A stretch of 64,000 nt of DNA from NCBI RefSeq assembly GCF_009914755.1, contig NC_060936.1; one strand, 5' to 3'. Below are positions 16,895 through 33,516 of the stretch, piece by piece. The first letter of the stretch is position 1; each line of letters begins with the position of its first letter. A program made the translations under genes and the position numbers. The notes under the pieces were generated by a model. That model was not told the DNA's origin. It did no database searches and saw nothing but the letters and a program-made list of their open reading frames with translations. Origin of the DNA: the human T2T-CHM13v2.0 reference genome, Homo sapiens.

Positions 16895-17635
16895 AGGTGC
16901 TAGGTTTCTGTGACTGCTGTAACAAATTACCACAAACCGGTGGCCCAAAACCCCGGAAATTTATTGTCTCACAGTTCTGAGGCCAAAAGTCCAAACTCAA
17001 GGCGTCGGCAGGACTGGCTTCCTCTGCAGGGTGCAGGGAGAGTCCGTTCCACGTCTGGCTCCTGTCTTCTGGAGGCTGCCGCCATCCTTGGCGTTCCTTA
17101 GCTCATAGGCGCATCCCTCTGATCTCTACCTCCATCTGCACAGCCCCTTCTCCATGTGTCTTCTCCCTTCTCTTCAAGTTTTTTTTTTTCTTTTCTTTTC
17201 TTTTTTTTTTTTGAGTCAGGGTGCTCTGTTGCCCAGGCTGGAGTGCAGTGGCCCTATCATGGCTTACTGTAGCCTTGACTTCCAAGGCTCAGACAATCCT
17301 CCTGCCTCAGCCCCCCAAGTAGCTAGGACCACAGGCATGTGCCACAACGCCTGGCTGAATTTTCAATTTTTAGTAGAGATTGGGGGTCTCACTATGTTAC
17401 CCAGGCTCGTTTTGAACTCCTGGGCTAAAGCAATCCTCCTGCCTTGGCCTCCCAAAGTGCTGGGGTTACAGGTGTGAGCTACTATGCCTGGTCATGTCTC
17501 TTTTATGGTGATACTTACCACTGGATTTAGGGCCCACTCTAACCAGGATGTTAGGTCATATTCTCAGGTGAAAGGTGTTAGGGCATGGACATATCTTTTT
17601 ATGTCTTTTTATGCCACAATTTAACCCACTGCAGT
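16895..17635 (-). mobile_element. MLT1 (MLT1C-like) MaLR LTR interrupted by AluJ (17179-17493)
   Basis: CTGCTGTAACAAATTACCACAAAC...TCTCACAGTTCTG MaLR signature. Confidence 0.7.
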
Positions 17636-17752
17636 GGATGAGGGTTTATGACCGCCTGGCCCCATCTTCTCCCGGAGGTGATGGTGACTCTTGAGAGCTG
17701 ACTCTTTCAAGTGGTGGCATGTGAAATCTTCACAGGTTCATTCATTCATTAC

Positions 17753-18487
17753 TGTAATGGGCTGAATTGTGTTCTCCTGCTGCTCTCAAAGTCATATCTT
17801 GAAGTCCTAACTCAACACCCAGTACCTCAGAATGTGACTGTATTTAGAGGTGGGGTCTGTATTAGTCCATTTTTATGCTGCTGATAAAGACATACCTAAG
17901 ACTGGGTAATTTATAAAGAAAAAGAGGTTTAATGGACTCACAGTTCCACATGGCTGGGGAAGGCCTCACAATCACGGAGGAAGGCGAAAGGCACATCTTA
18001 CATCACAGCAGACAAGACAGAATCAGAACCAAGCGAAAGGGGTTCCCCCTTATAAAACCACCAGATCTCGTGAGACTTATTCAATACCATGAGAACAGTA
18101 TGGGGGAAACTCCCCCCATGATTCAATTATCTCCCATGGGGCCCGTCTCACAACAGGTGGGAATTATGGGAGCTACAATTCAAGATGAGATTTGGGTGGG
18201 GACACAGCTGAGCCATATCAGGGTCTTTAAATTGGTATTAAGGTTAAATGAGGTCATTGGGGTGGGCCCTGATGCAACATGACTGGTGTCCTTATAAGAA
18301 GGGGAGATGAGGACACGGGAGAAGGCAGCCATCTGCAAACCAAGGAGAGAGAACTCAGAAGAAATCAATGCTGCCAACAACTCGATCTCAGACTTCTAGC
18401 CTCCGGGACTATGACAAAGTATTTTTCTGTTGTTGAAGCCACTCAATCTGTGGTACTTTGTTATAGCAGCCCTTGGGAACTAGTGCA
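17753..18487 (+). mobile_element. MLT1A-like MaLR LTR hosting a THE1 LTR
   Basis: TGTAATGGGCTGAATTGTG...TTTGTTATAGCAGCC ends. Confidence 0.72.
17858..18220 (-). mobile_element. THE1 (B/C-like) solo LTR
   Basis: TGTATTAGTCC...GCCATATCA. 5-bp TSD GGGTC at 17853-17857 and 18221-18225. Confidence 0.9.
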
Positions 18488-18850
18488 GTTACTAAGAACC
18501 CACTGTCTGCCACATCTTCCACAAGGCAGAGGCACATCCTCTGGGACTGGCTGTGAGTCTGGAGATAGTTACCATTTTAGTCCAGATAGTTAGCCCACCA
18601 AGTACCCCCAGAGAAGGACTATTTGTCTCTTACTAACATCTCACTGATATGGTTTATTATTCTAAAGATTTGGGTGTAAACAAGAGTTTATTATGTCTTC
18701 AAATATAAAAAGCTACAGTAAACAGCTGATTTTTGAAAGTATAATGAGGAAGATGCCATAGAAACTGTGAAAGAGGTCAGTGAAACTAGAGGAGTCCACC
18801 TGGGCTTAGATGATGTGATGTTTAAGCTGGGATCAAAAATGAATAAATCA

Positions 18851-19291
<441 letters not shown>

Positions 19292-20250
19292 TTAGGAGGC
19301 CGTCCCAGGGGTCTGCAAAGGGGGATGGTGGATGGGGTGAGAGATTGAGTGCAGATAGAGAGAAATGGAAGGATTAGATATTTAGGAAGTTGAAGAAAAC
19401 ACATTTCCTCATTAGTTCAGTGTAGAAGGGTTGAGGAGGAGGAAGGAGTTAAGTATGATTTGGATGATTTGATGGGTAATGAGTCATTTACTTTGGGGAA
19501 TATTGGGGATGCTTATGGGGAAAGGGATTATATTTATCAGGACTTCCATGATTGCAAGTGACAGAAACTGAATTCAAATAATTTAAGGATATAGGACTGA
19601 TGTGAAGAAACAGAGCTACTCTACCCGCTTCATTTCTCTCTTTTTAAAATTTTCACTTCTCTTGGTGTGTTGGCCTCATTCTTTCCTATTGCAGACTTGC
19701 TTCCTCCAGGCAATGGAGAGAAGGTGGTATTGTTGCAACTTGACATTTACGTCTTCCTAGCTCAGGGACTCCAGAGAGAGAGCTTTTTTCTCCCAGCATC
19801 TTAGTTTGAATTTCACTGTGCAAGGTTTAGCCCCACCCAATTTTAACCTTTCTGAAATCGGAAGCGTCTTTTAATAGATGTCATCTTCCTTTTTTGTTGT
19901 TCCAATTGGCAGTATTATTTCTTAGTGATGGATAAAATAATAGTGTTTCTTACTGTAATGGAGTCTTAGATGTAATGAAATCCGTATAAAATTTTAGAGA
20001 AGGGCTCTGACTGGTTTGGTGTGTGTCATTGATTGCCACTGGGCCAATCATGGTGACCCAAGAGATAGGGGAGTAGATGATCAGTACTGGGATACAGGCC
20101 CATCCCTGTGGCCAGTGCCATAGGGTGCTATGATTGAAAATCCCATCTGAACTACACTTAGTAGGGAGTGGCAGTTGCTGCAAATAACAGAAATACTGCT
20201 GGGAACACATGAAGCTTGTCAGGCCCAAAAACATGATGAAGAGTGCTTGA

Positions 20251-21310
<1,060 letters not shown>

Positions 21311-21566
21311 GATACCCAAATGATGATGTCCCCTGCCCATTAAATTTGGCAGCAAATTTGTCACCTTCAACTTCACTGAGAGCATTTTCAATAGAGTGCA
21401 GGGCAGGAGGCCAGCTAAAGGGAGTTGAGGAATGAATGAGAATTGAGGAAAATGAGATAGGGTGGTCAGAAGCCAAAGAGAATTAAGGTTTGTTTGGGGA
21501 CATTCTCTGCATTGAGGACAGAATTGCTCATGCAGCCCTTCAGGATCCAAGGCAATGCCCTAGAGC

Positions 21567-21739
21567 AGTAGTTCTCAAAGACCATCAGGAGCCACCACCT
21601 GGGATTTACTAGAAAAGCAAATTTTCGGGACCCACCCAAGACCTACTGAGTTAGAAACTCCAAGGTGGGGTCCTGTGATCTGCATTTTAACAAGCACTCC
21701 AGGTGATTTGGATGCAGGCTAAAGTTTGAGAACTAGGGC
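21567..21739. mobile_element. MER5A (hAT-Charlie)
   Basis: CAGTAGTTCTCAAA...AAGTTTGAGAAC TIRs with a TAGA-type target. Confidence 0.75.
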
Positions 21740-22712
21740 CTTAGAAGCCTACAGCAACAGGCTTTTATGGAGCTGAACTATGATATTATCTGTCTCAGGG
21801 AGGCAAATGTGTGTTGTTAACATGTTTACTTCAGCTGGGCTTGCTGGAAGCAAAGAATCTGGTTTGAGTTGGGGCTAAGGGGGGTAAGGGCACAGATTTC
21901 TATAAAGCAATCAAATGAGAAAAAGGACTGTTGCCTTCCCAGGGCAGGATCCCTGCTGTATGAAATCCACCTATTTGGGTTTTTCAAGCAGATGAGCAAT
22001 TTGACATCTTTCCACTCCTCTGAGCAACACAGTGTTAAGTGGATCTCTTGAAGGATGAGCCTGGTGCTTGGCTGAAGCTGTCACAAAGTGGCATTTCTCA
22101 CAGTATTTGCAGAGGCCCTGAGAAATGTTAACCAGAGACTCAGTTTGCTCTTTGATTTCAGTCTTCACGGTTGAAAACCTTTCTTAAATGCATCTTTTTG
22201 CCACTTTAGAGGCTAGAATAAAAACCAAAAGAGCAAAGTTTGTGAAAGATTGTTTTATCTTTACAAATCAGAATGGGTTTAAGATGTAGCTCTCTAATGT
22301 CACTCTTACTCACTTGCATTCTGATTTGCTTTCTTGAGAGAAAGAGATTGGGATGCCTGGAGTTCCTGTTGGCTGCTGGGATTTGCATGTGATCCCCGAC
22401 ATAGACTATTTGTGACACACGCTGGTATGTGTGTCTGTAGCTGATGTCCTATTAATAGCTGATACATGAATGTCATTTGTTGGTTGGGCAGACACAGGAA
22501 GTGTGGCACGATGTAAATTCTGTGAAGACAGGGCTGGTTGATTCAATGTTTTATCCCCGATACCTAGAACAGCACTCAATAAACATGTTGAATGAATGAA
22601 AAAAATGATAATTATAATTGAATCCTGGATCACTCAGAAACCTACAGATTCAGGGTCACCAGTCTGAGCATTAATTCTCACCATCTGGGATCCTAAATAT
22701 AGCATGTGTAGG

Positions 22713-22887
22713 CAGCACTGGCTGCATAATTTGTTGGGGCCAGTGCAGAATAAAAATGCAGAGCTTCTTGTTCAAAAATTAATAACTGTGAGACAGCATT
22801 AGCAGAGTATTCAGCCAAGCATGCAGCTCTTCTGAGTGTGGAGTCCTGTGCTCCTGCACAAGTCACACCCACGATGCCAGCCCAGCA
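22713..22887 (-). mobile_element. MER45A-like (hAT-Tip100)
   Basis: CATAATTTG..GGGGCCAGTGCA..AATAAAAATGC..CTTGTTCAAAAATT matches a recalled consensus. Confidence 0.65.
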
Positions 22888-22980
22888 GGTAAGGAATGGG
22901 ACAAAATTTTACCAATTCTGGTAATTTTCTGGAAATGGCTTTACAATTTTTTCCAGAAATCCTTGAAATGACTTTTTAAT

Positions 22981-23294
<314 letters not shown>

Positions 23295-23969
23295 ATGACC
23301 TTTTAATGTAGTTATTTTCCATGAAAAAGAAAGTAACATTAAAAATGAAGGTTGTCTGTGATAGGACTGGATTATCCCAATTCTTTTCTTCCTCCTTGGA
23401 ATGTATCCTTTCTTTGCTATGTTGCTCTACAATGCCTCCTACTGGAGAGATTAGAGTCTGTTTCCCCACTTCCTCATGTCGGGCTGGATCGTGAGGCTTG
23501 CTTTGGCCAATGGAATGTTAGTGGGCATGATCAGAGGCTTTAAATGTGCTCATGAGGTTTGGCTTTGCTTCTCAGGCTCTGTCCTTTACCATGAGAACTG
23601 TCCTGGGTAAGCTGTTGGCTCAAGCAAATGACAGAAATATGGGGTAGACTTGATCCCAATCAGCTGCCCCAGCTAACCTGCAGACCTACATAGAAAGATG
23701 GAAAAGAAATGCTTTTGGTAAGCCAACAACGTTTTGGAGTCTTTTGTTACACAGCATTTACATAACAGAAACCTAAGAAGGCATCCTTCAGGAGGATCCT
23801 AATAAATGAATATCAACTGGTTTTTTTTTAAATTTTGAGGATGCTGAAAAAGAACGACAAAAGAGACTAGAAAAATAATCAAAATTAATGCTGAATATTG
23901 GTATACAATCCTGCTCAGAAGATGGTTTAACCTGATGCTCAAATCAAGTCATTAAGTCCTAAAAAAACT

Positions 23970-24497
<528 letters not shown>

Positions 24498-25660
24498 GGA
24501 AAGTCCTGGGGAAATTCAAGGTACTTTTATCTCTGTCCTGAACTTGACTTGACTTCAGACCACTTCTCCTTCTGCCTCCTCCTTGATGATCAACTCAAAT
24601 ACCTGTTTCTTTGCTCTTGCCTTCACCCACACCTTGAGTTTGATGCCCGAGTGGATGATGCTCCCAGCTCCCAGCAGCCCAAACTCCACTCTCCTTACCT
24701 AGCATGATGTGTCTGAGGAAACTGAGCCAATAACCCACTTGTTTGCATAGCCTAGGGCTCTTTCTCCCAGGATGTAGCTACCATTCCCAACCTTAGAATT
24801 GGGCCCACAAGAAGACCTTGAGATTCAAAAGCTTTCAAGGTATGTGGGAAGGGTTTGCAAAAGGGGAATCAGGTTTATGGCTAAATGTCAATAAGAATGT
24901 ATGCCCCTGCCTTTCTACACTTCTCTGAATGCCCTTCAGCCAGGCTTCTTGGTGACTGTGTGGTGGCTGAGGCCATTCCTATAGCATGAATATATTAAAA
25001 CATGGTATAATCCAGACATTTGTCATTCTCCCTCCAGGTCATTACATATGAGCGGGTCTCTTTGACAATGCTGTAATATGCCCTCAAGGAGGCTTCATTT
25101 ATTTAGAGCTGCATACAGATTTTGAAGAGAATGTATTTAAGACAAGTAGAAAAAGAATCTTCCATCCTTATTAGAGATTATGTAAACTCCTTGCCAGATT
25201 CTAATCTTGCTGATCCCAAACTTGCCAAGAAAGCTTTTTTTTGGACATCATTAAATAGATCTTATTCTAGTTGTCTTTGTTTGTTTTTTAGAGATTGCAA
25301 GTACTCCATAGGATCTCCTTAAAGAAGCAGCAGGAGGAAGAGGCCTCATTTTTAAGAAAGCTTGTCTTATGCTTGGGCAAAGGTGGACACATCAGCTACT
25401 GGTGCATGGGCCGGCAGTGGAGAGGAAGGATATTCACAAGACTTAACAGCTAGTCCAGAAAGAGTTCTGATCAATCAGGGAGAGGCCCTGTTCCTGACCC
25501 ATCTGCCAAGCAGATGGGCTGTGATCAGACCGGTCATCAGAAGGGGAGCATCTCTTTCCCAAGAATCCCAGTCCAAGTTCCAAGCCTGTGCTGGGAGCCA
25601 CCGTTGTTGGGTTGAACTGATCCAGAATATACGGTCTGAGAGTAGAAAGGGAAGGTTCCC

Positions 25661-26150
25661 TGCAGTAGGCAGAATAATGTCCCCAAACCCACCACAAAGA
25701 GGCCTATGTGTGAATCCCCAGAATCTAGGAATATGTTACATAGCAAAGGGAAATTAAGGTTGCCAATCCATTGACTGTAACATAGGGATATTACCCTGGG
25801 TTTTCCAGGTAGGCACAATGTAATCCCAAGGATCTTTAAGAGGAGAAGAAGGAAGTGGAAGAGGAACCACCAAAGAGAAGGCAGCATAAGAGGGATCTGG
25901 CCTGGCATTGCTGGCTTTGAGGTTGGAGGAAGGGACTACCAGCCAAGGAAAAAAGAAGCTAAAAAAGGGAATGAGACAGATTCTCCCTAGGGCCTCCAGA
26001 AAGAACACAGCCCAGTTAACACTGTGATTTTAGCCCAGAGAGATCTATTTTGGACTTCTGATCTCCAGAACTATAAGATAACAAATTTGTGTTGTTTTAA
26101 GCCACTAAATTTATGGTCATTTGTTGTGGCAACAATAGAAAAGAAATACA
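25661..26150 (+). mobile_element. MLT1D-like MaLR LTR
   Basis: TGCAGTAGGCAGAATAATG...TTTTAAGCCACTAAATTT...AATAGAAAAGAAATACA. Confidence 0.78.
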
Positions 26151-26399
26151 TTCCCCAACAGGAAATTAGGGCGGTCTTACAAAAAGGAGGAGGAAGATGC
26201 TGGGCAGGCCAACAAAAATATCAGAACAGATGTGTACTGCAGATGAGATCTCTGGGAGTGCTTGTTCTATAGCTCCCTGGATGGGTATTTTCCCAGGGGA
26301 GACAGAATATACTTTCAAAGTATCAATAGTGGTATGGACCTGTTCCACAAAGCAAAAGCTAAGCTCATAGCACCTGTCAGCAAGACCAGAAGAGCTGGA

Positions 26400-26870
26400 G
26401 TTAGGAGTGTGGCCTCTGAAGGCGCTCCACACAGATTGGAAACCTGGTTCCCTCATTCACCAGTTGGGTAACTCTGGGCAAGTTACTTAGACTCTCTGTG
26501 CTTCAGTAAAATGAGGATGATAAATATCTGACAGCATTTTCATAAGAATCGATGACATTTATACACATAAAGAATTAAGAATCACTTCTGGCATATGGTT
26601 AAGGCTCAATGAATGTTAATGGTTGCTCTTATGACTAATACTATAACCTAGCTCTGGAGCCAGACTACCTGGGTTCAAAGCCCAGCTCTGCCACTTAGAA
26701 CTTCTATGCTTGGGCAAGTTACTTAGCATCTCTGAGCCCCAGGTTTTTTCATGTGTAAAATGGGGATATTAAAGGTACTTACCTCATAGAGTTGTGATGA
26801 GGATTAAAACATTAATTTATGTAAAGTACTAGAACAATGCCTGATATACACGATACATGTTATCTAGCAT
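26400..26870 (+). mobile_element. Two MIR elements
   Basis: TGGGCAAGTTACTTA...CTCTG core occurs twice. Confidence 0.7.
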
Positions 26871-27980
26871 CATCATCGTTAGTACTAGTATGAGGTCACT
26901 GTCACTCTGGAGGACTAATAACTAAAACACCACCGCCGTGATGATGCAGTGGCATCTTATGTGATCATTAAGACCTTTTAGGTTGGGAATAACCATGGTT
27001 CCCAAACTGTAGGGACCTCTGGGAGCAACATTCTCTATCTTCCTATCAGAATTCAAACCATGGAAGCACCCCAGTGAGATGGCTATATAATATATGAAAA
27101 GAAAAGAAAGTAGAAAAATTCATCATCAGAAACACACTGTAAGACTCCTGAAAGGGATGTAGAGAGAACCCACTTGTGTCTCCTATTTCTCTGCTCTGCA
27201 GTTCTACAGGGTTGCATTTGCCTGATGCTTTTGATTCAGTGTTTTTACACTATGTAACATAGTGAGAACGTTAGGTTAAGGAAGCTTGCCATTTCCCTTT
27301 TCAGAGCAGTCCTTTCAACAATACCAAGAATTCGCACTTTGGTAGATAATGACAAGAAATACGACAGCCCAGCCGTTAGTAAACAAGCAAATCATCTAAT
27401 GGCAAAGGCTGATTTAATCAAAACATTCTGGTTCTCCCTCATCTGAACCCACACAAGGAATGAACCAATCCAACTGGAAAAAAATATTTGTTTTATCTTT
27501 GCCACATTTATTTACTCTTAAGGACTGTTTAACTTGATGGGGCAGAGAAGTTGGAAAGAACAAAAATACTCAAGGCAGTGAACAGCCTCCCAGGTCTCTG
27601 GCAGCAGGCAGGAATGCCAGTGGCCTGGAGGTATTTCCACAGGGGCCTGTTTGTGAGCAGTTTCTGAAGTTGTTTGCCCTCATCTTGAGGGGTGGAGAAA
27701 TGACCTGCTTATGTGGCAGGTTTGCAGGGCAGGGGGTGCAGAATAAGAACTAGAGAAAATAAGCCAGGAATTTAACCCCTGCTCTGTAAATGATTCCAAA
27801 ATATGAAATACTTATTCCAAAAACTCTACTGAGCATTCTATATGTGCAAGACATTGAGACAGGTGTTACAGGAAGGCTAAGATAAAGTAGACATAGATTC
27901 GAGCTCAAGAAACTCTGTCAAATAGGGCACGAGAAAGAAACACAGATACCTACGGGATGTAGAAAGCTCCAGGTGTGTTT

Positions 27981-28656
27981 TATTTTATTTTTTACTTTTT
28001 TTAGACAGAGTCTTCTTTCGTTGCTCAGGCTGTGGTACAGTGGTGTGATCTTGGCTCACTGTAACCTCCACCTCCTGGGTTCAAGTGATTCTCCTGTCTC
28101 AGCCTCCCGAGTAGCTGGGATTACAGGCATGTGCCACCATGCCCAGCTAATGTTTGCATTTTTAGTAGAGATGGGGTTTTGCCATGTTGGCCAGGCTGGT
28201 CTCGAACTCCTGACCTCAAGTGCTTCACTTGCCTCAGCCTCCCAAAGTATTGGGATTACAGGCATGAGCTACTATGCCCAGCCTCTAGGTGTGTTAAATT
28301 GGAAGCCCTAGAAACAGGACTGGAGATGGGGCTTGTGTACAGGTGCTTACTGTTGTAAATTGTTTTTATTTTTTTAGAGACAGGATCTCATTCTGTTGCC
28401 CAAGATGGGTGCAGTGGCATGATCTTAGTTCACTGCAGCCTCAACCTCCTGGGCTCAAGCCATCTTCCTGCCACAGCCTCCTGAGTAGCTGAGACTAGAG
28501 ACGTGCACCACCACACCTGGTTAATTTTTTTATTTTTTATAGAGACGGGGCCTCACTAAGTTGCCCAGGCTGGTCTTGAACTCCTGGCCTCAAGCCATCC
28601 TCCTACCTTGGCCTCCCAAAGTGCTAGGATTATAGGCATAAGCCAATGTGTCTGGC
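27981..28656 (-). mobile_element. Two Alus (AluS 27981-28283; AluJ 28360-28656)
   Basis: Alu dimers with poly-T heads. Confidence 0.88.
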
Positions 28657-28803
28657 TTTATAGGTGCTTTCTTGTAGAAGAGCTCTTGGGTGGAACCTTT
28701 AAGGATGCAAGTGAAGCAGAATAGGGCAGGGGAGAAGCTGGGCAAAGAGGTGACTGCAGCCCCAGCCTGAAGCCATTCTTAGATCTGGAGGGTGATTGGT
28801 ACC

Positions 28804-29450
28804 TGTGGTAAAATACAAAATATATATTTACTCTTGGTCCCTGGTTCCCAGCATAGAGCTCCTAACACCCTTGGAAATTACTCTTTTGCTAATGAGAAGA
28901 CTCTTGTTGGGCAGAGGGGGCCTAGGTAGCTTTAGGATGGGGCCTGGACACAGGAAAAACCAACCATGTACTGAGAAGGTTAGAACTTCCAGCCTTGCTC
29001 TTCCACCTCTGAGAGCAGGAGAGGGGCTAGAGATTGAGTTCAATCACCAATGGCCAATGATTTAATCAATCATGTGTACTTACTGAAACTGCCATAAAAA
29101 ATCCCTACACAATGGGGCTTGGAGAGCTTCTGAGTTGGTGAACACATCCAGGAGAGTGGCTCATCCCAACTCTCCAGGGACAGAGCCTCCTGCATTCAGA
29201 TGCTTCCTCAGTACCCCTCCATCTGGCTGCTCGTGTGTGTCCATCATAATAAAGTGTAATAGTAGGTATGGCATTTTCCTGAGTTCTGTGAGGATTCTAG
29301 TGAATTATCAAAGCTGGGTAGGGAAAGTCACAGAACCCTTGAATTTATAGTCCACTGGGCAGAAGTGTGGGTCACCTGGGGACCCCATTTGTGGCTGGTG
29401 TCTGAAGTCTTGTGGAGCTGAGCCCTTTAATCTGTGGGATCTGGGCTTGG
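28804..29450 (+). mobile_element. MER21-like LTR (3' part missing or diverged)
   Basis: GAGAGGGGCTAGAGATTGAGTTCAATCACCAATGGCCAATGATTTAATCAATCATG signature. Confidence 0.72.
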
Positions 29451-29495
29451 TAAAGTGAATCTGGGCATGACACAACAGCATTTACTACAAGGTAA

Positions 29496-29930
29496 TGTTA
29501 CTGAAACACCAGGGTTCCAGTCTAGGTTCTGCTGCTTGTTACACAGAATGCCAATCACTGAGACAGTAACTATTGCCAGGGAAGAAAACTTTAACGGGGT
29601 GTTGCAGCCGAGGAGAACAGGAGATAAAGTCTCAAATGTGTTTGTCTGACCGACTAAAATTGGGGGTTTTGTATAGCAGGAAAGGTGGGAAAATAGGAAT
29701 TAAGGAGGAGTATAGAAGCAATCATGATGGATGAGGGGTCTGGCGTCTCTGTCTGGATACAGTGATCTGATGAGTTTTAGGTTTTTGCTTTTGCCTGAGT
29801 GTCTGTTTTTTGAGGAAGGAATTCAGATGAGATAAATGTAAGTTTTAAATTTTAAAAACAGGAAGGTTAATTTTTATGTTTCTTTTAAAAACCGTAATAT
29901 CATTTCTATGGGACAATTGGGCTGGTTTTA
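29496..29930 (-). mobile_element. MER31-like ERV 3' LTR
   Basis: TGTTACTGAAACACCAGGG...GGGACAATTGGGCTGGTTTTA. Adjacent polypurine tract on the minus strand at 29933-29942. Confidence 0.72.
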
Positions 29931-30219
29931 ATCCCCTTTTTTCTATTCATCAATTTTTCGATCATGGGGAATATGGTTGTCTGCCTTTTTGGCTACTTAA
30001 TGCTAAGGGGTGCATTGTGGGATAATGATGGGAAATGCAAACATCACCCCTGAATCTGAAGTGCTCAGGATTACCTGACTGGCATCCCGCTTGTTGGAGC
30101 ACCATGATTAAAAAAAAAAAAACACCCAAGAATTAAAGTGGATCCCTTAAGGAATCCAAGAGAACAATCCTAAGCCTATTAAAAAGTATTTCTGATTCAT
30201 GGCTGGGTGCGGTGGCTCA

Positions 30220-30586
<367 letters not shown>

Positions 30587-32513
30587 TTATGACTTCTTAT
30601 TTAGGGTCTTTGGCTGGGCATTGAATATTAACTTAAGGCCATCTTAGGGTTCACAACAGCATGCCTGTTTTTTTCTGGAGGGATCCCAGAGGGGCAGGTT
30701 TTATCTGAGCGTGGTGAATCCATGGCTTAACACTGGCTAACTTGGCAGATAAGTGGGTAGTCAGCAGCATCTCAAAAGGGCTGACCCATTGTAGTTGCAG
30801 CTGGTTTGCAGCCTGCTGGGATTTCCAGGTCTTCAGCATGACTTGGTTTCTCAGCTTCAAAGAGAAAAGAGGCACATCTGTAGGACACTGGAGCCTGTTG
30901 GAAGCAAGCTCAGAAAGACTAGTTAATATATTTTTAAAACACAAAGTTAATATTCCCATCATTATAAAGCCAGTTCCCAATGGCTTGCATATGAAGCATA
31001 TTGGTTGCTTCCTCTGGGGTGTTCCACTTAATATTGATAAGTGGAGTTGGGCAGTCCACTTCTCAGGGTAAATAGATCGTATAGTGGCTTTTATCCAGTT
31101 CACCAGGCTGGCCGTTCTCTCAGGAATAGCCTCCTGTGTGTCTGAATTATATATACCGATCTGTGATTGTTCAGTAGTGAGCTGCGGGTCTTGTATTAAC
31201 CAAAACATACTCTTTCATTTTGCAGCATTTAAAACCAAAGACATTCCTCTCAAATTAGTTATTTTTACAATTCATTTTAGAGGAGGTTTTTTTGGGAAGC
31301 TGATGATACCAATTGGTATACCAACACAAGATGGAACAATCCCTTTGCATCATATCCTCTGGTTTTAATAGTTATTTGGTGTTGCATTTTCCCCCACTTT
31401 GACTACCTTCTTGGAAACCACAGGTGTGAGAGGTACTTTCTGGTGTACTGGCATAGTTTTTCTTTTGTGGGTAGTCTCGAGGCTAGTGATCTGAGCTTAG
31501 ACAGACCCACATCTGAGCTTGGTCCAGCCTTAAGGCCCAACTCAGTGTTTTTAAATTTTTAATTTTAGCTATTATAGATAGTGATAACCAAGGGATTGAA
31601 TATTTCACTTTTTCCTTATTCGTTCACATTAAAATAGATGTATATTTAGTGAACCAATTTCCCTGGGAGTTGAATTCATTTTTATTTTACTTTTATTTAT
31701 TATTATTATTTTGAGACAGCATCTCGCTCTGTCACTAAGGCTGGAGTGCAGTGGCATGACCATAGCTCCACAGCCTTGACCTCCTGGGCTCAAATGATCC
31801 TCCTGCTTCCACTTACTGAGTTGCTGGGACTACAGGCACATGCCACCATGCCAGGCTAGGTTTTTTTTAAACTTTTTGTAGAAACAGGGTCTTGCTATGT
31901 TTCCCAGGCTGGTCTCAAACTCCTGGCCTCAAGCAACCCTTCTTGCCTCAGCTTCCCAAAATGCTGGGATTACAAGTGTGAGCCACCATATGTGGGTGAA
32001 TTCATTTTAATTTTTTTTCTGGTAATTTTTACCTTTAACAATTGAATGCAGCACAGATGCACCTCCATACCACAGAGGTCCGCTATTAGTTTAGTCTGTG
32101 CAATTAACTCCTGTTTTGCTTTATACTGGGTTAGCATTCCTTATGTACACATCAGCCTTTTAATTGCAGTCCTGGAAGTTTTTTTCTAGTTCAACGGCAC
32201 AATGTCTAAAGTTACCAGAAACCTACATTCAAGAGTCTTTTTATGAATTTTCCTAAAGGAGGATCCTTTGGATTGTAACTGATTCTAAGCCACTTTTTGA
32301 GAAGAATCAAAGTAAAATAATAACTATAGATGACAAAAATTTTAGGACAGCCATAAAGACACAATTTGGTTATTTTGTGGCATATAATAACTTAATGTAA
32401 TAATCATAATAATTACAGAAAACATACACTGACATATTAGAATTTTAGAAATTTTGTGATCTGGGAATACATATTAACAATATATTTATATAGCTATAAC
32501 TCAGAATGGGTGG

Positions 32514-32566
32514 ACATGTACCCTAGAACTTAAAGTATAATAAAAAATAAATAAATAAATAAATAA
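32514..32566 (+). mobile_element. Extremely 5'-truncated L1PA 3' end with (TAAA)n tail
   Basis: ACATGTACCCTAGAACTTAAAGTATAAT followed by an A-rich tail. Imperfect TSD AACTCA(A)GAA. Confidence 0.75.
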
Positions 32567-33516
32567 AACTCAAGAAAGTTACACATAATTTTATATTTGA
32601 CATATAAAATATGCTTTCTGTATAATTCTAAAATACCAAATAAGCATAATATGTCTCTCTTGGACTTTTGGAGACCCTAATATCTTAAAAGTTAGTTTGA
32701 GGTCAAAAAGACTGAATTTTGAATTTGACATTTTTGCTTTGGGAAAGTTTGTCAAATATCAAAGGTTTAAAACACTTGATATCACAAAATAGAATCACAG
32801 GTCATTTATTTAGCCAAAACAATAATTTAAAGATTTAAAAAAACAAAAGCCTTTATTCTTTGATAAAGGGGGTACTCAGTTTCCCAAACAGTAAGACCAA
32901 ATCAAGGCACAATGAGACCAACTAAATCTGTCTCTCTCTCTCCTCTTTTCCCTGCAGTTTATTCAAAAGGTAAAATTTTTAAAAATTATTTTTTATTAAT
33001 TGTACATGAAAATTTAGTTCAAAAAGAGAAAAATAAATTTTACTTTTGTATAGTATATTATTAATTTTGAAGCTAATTTTAATAAAATCCTATTTAAAAA
33101 AAGTATCTAATTTTAAGCAGTTTGACCATAAGTTAAGATTTTTATAACCTTTCATAGGTTTTTACAATTTGTTACTAAAGAGTGGATCAATATTCTAACA
33201 AGAGCCTGTTATTCTGACACGGGGGCCCAGATGCTGGCCTTGCAGCAGTGTGCTTTTGATATTAACGTTTAGTTTACAGAAAAGCTCTGAACTATTGTTA
33301 TGTCTCAAAATCGGCCCTTACAATCTCACGTGCCCACCTCTTCAGCAATAGTCCCCAGGGCTAGAGGGATTGAATAGTTTTAATTTCTGGTCCTGTGTCT
33401 CATAAAAGCAGTTTATTTTGATTGTTACCTTTTCCTGGGTCTGAAGATGAGGCTTTGACTAGTGCCAATGTTCAAGATTTAGCAGGAGTCAGTGAGTGTC
33501 TGTCTTTCTTTTCCTC

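Noticed and set aside
22905-22960. TTTCTGGAAA...TTTCCAGAAA inverted repeat
   Set aside because: Short, AT-rich and with N2 spacing (not a GAS site); compatible with chance.
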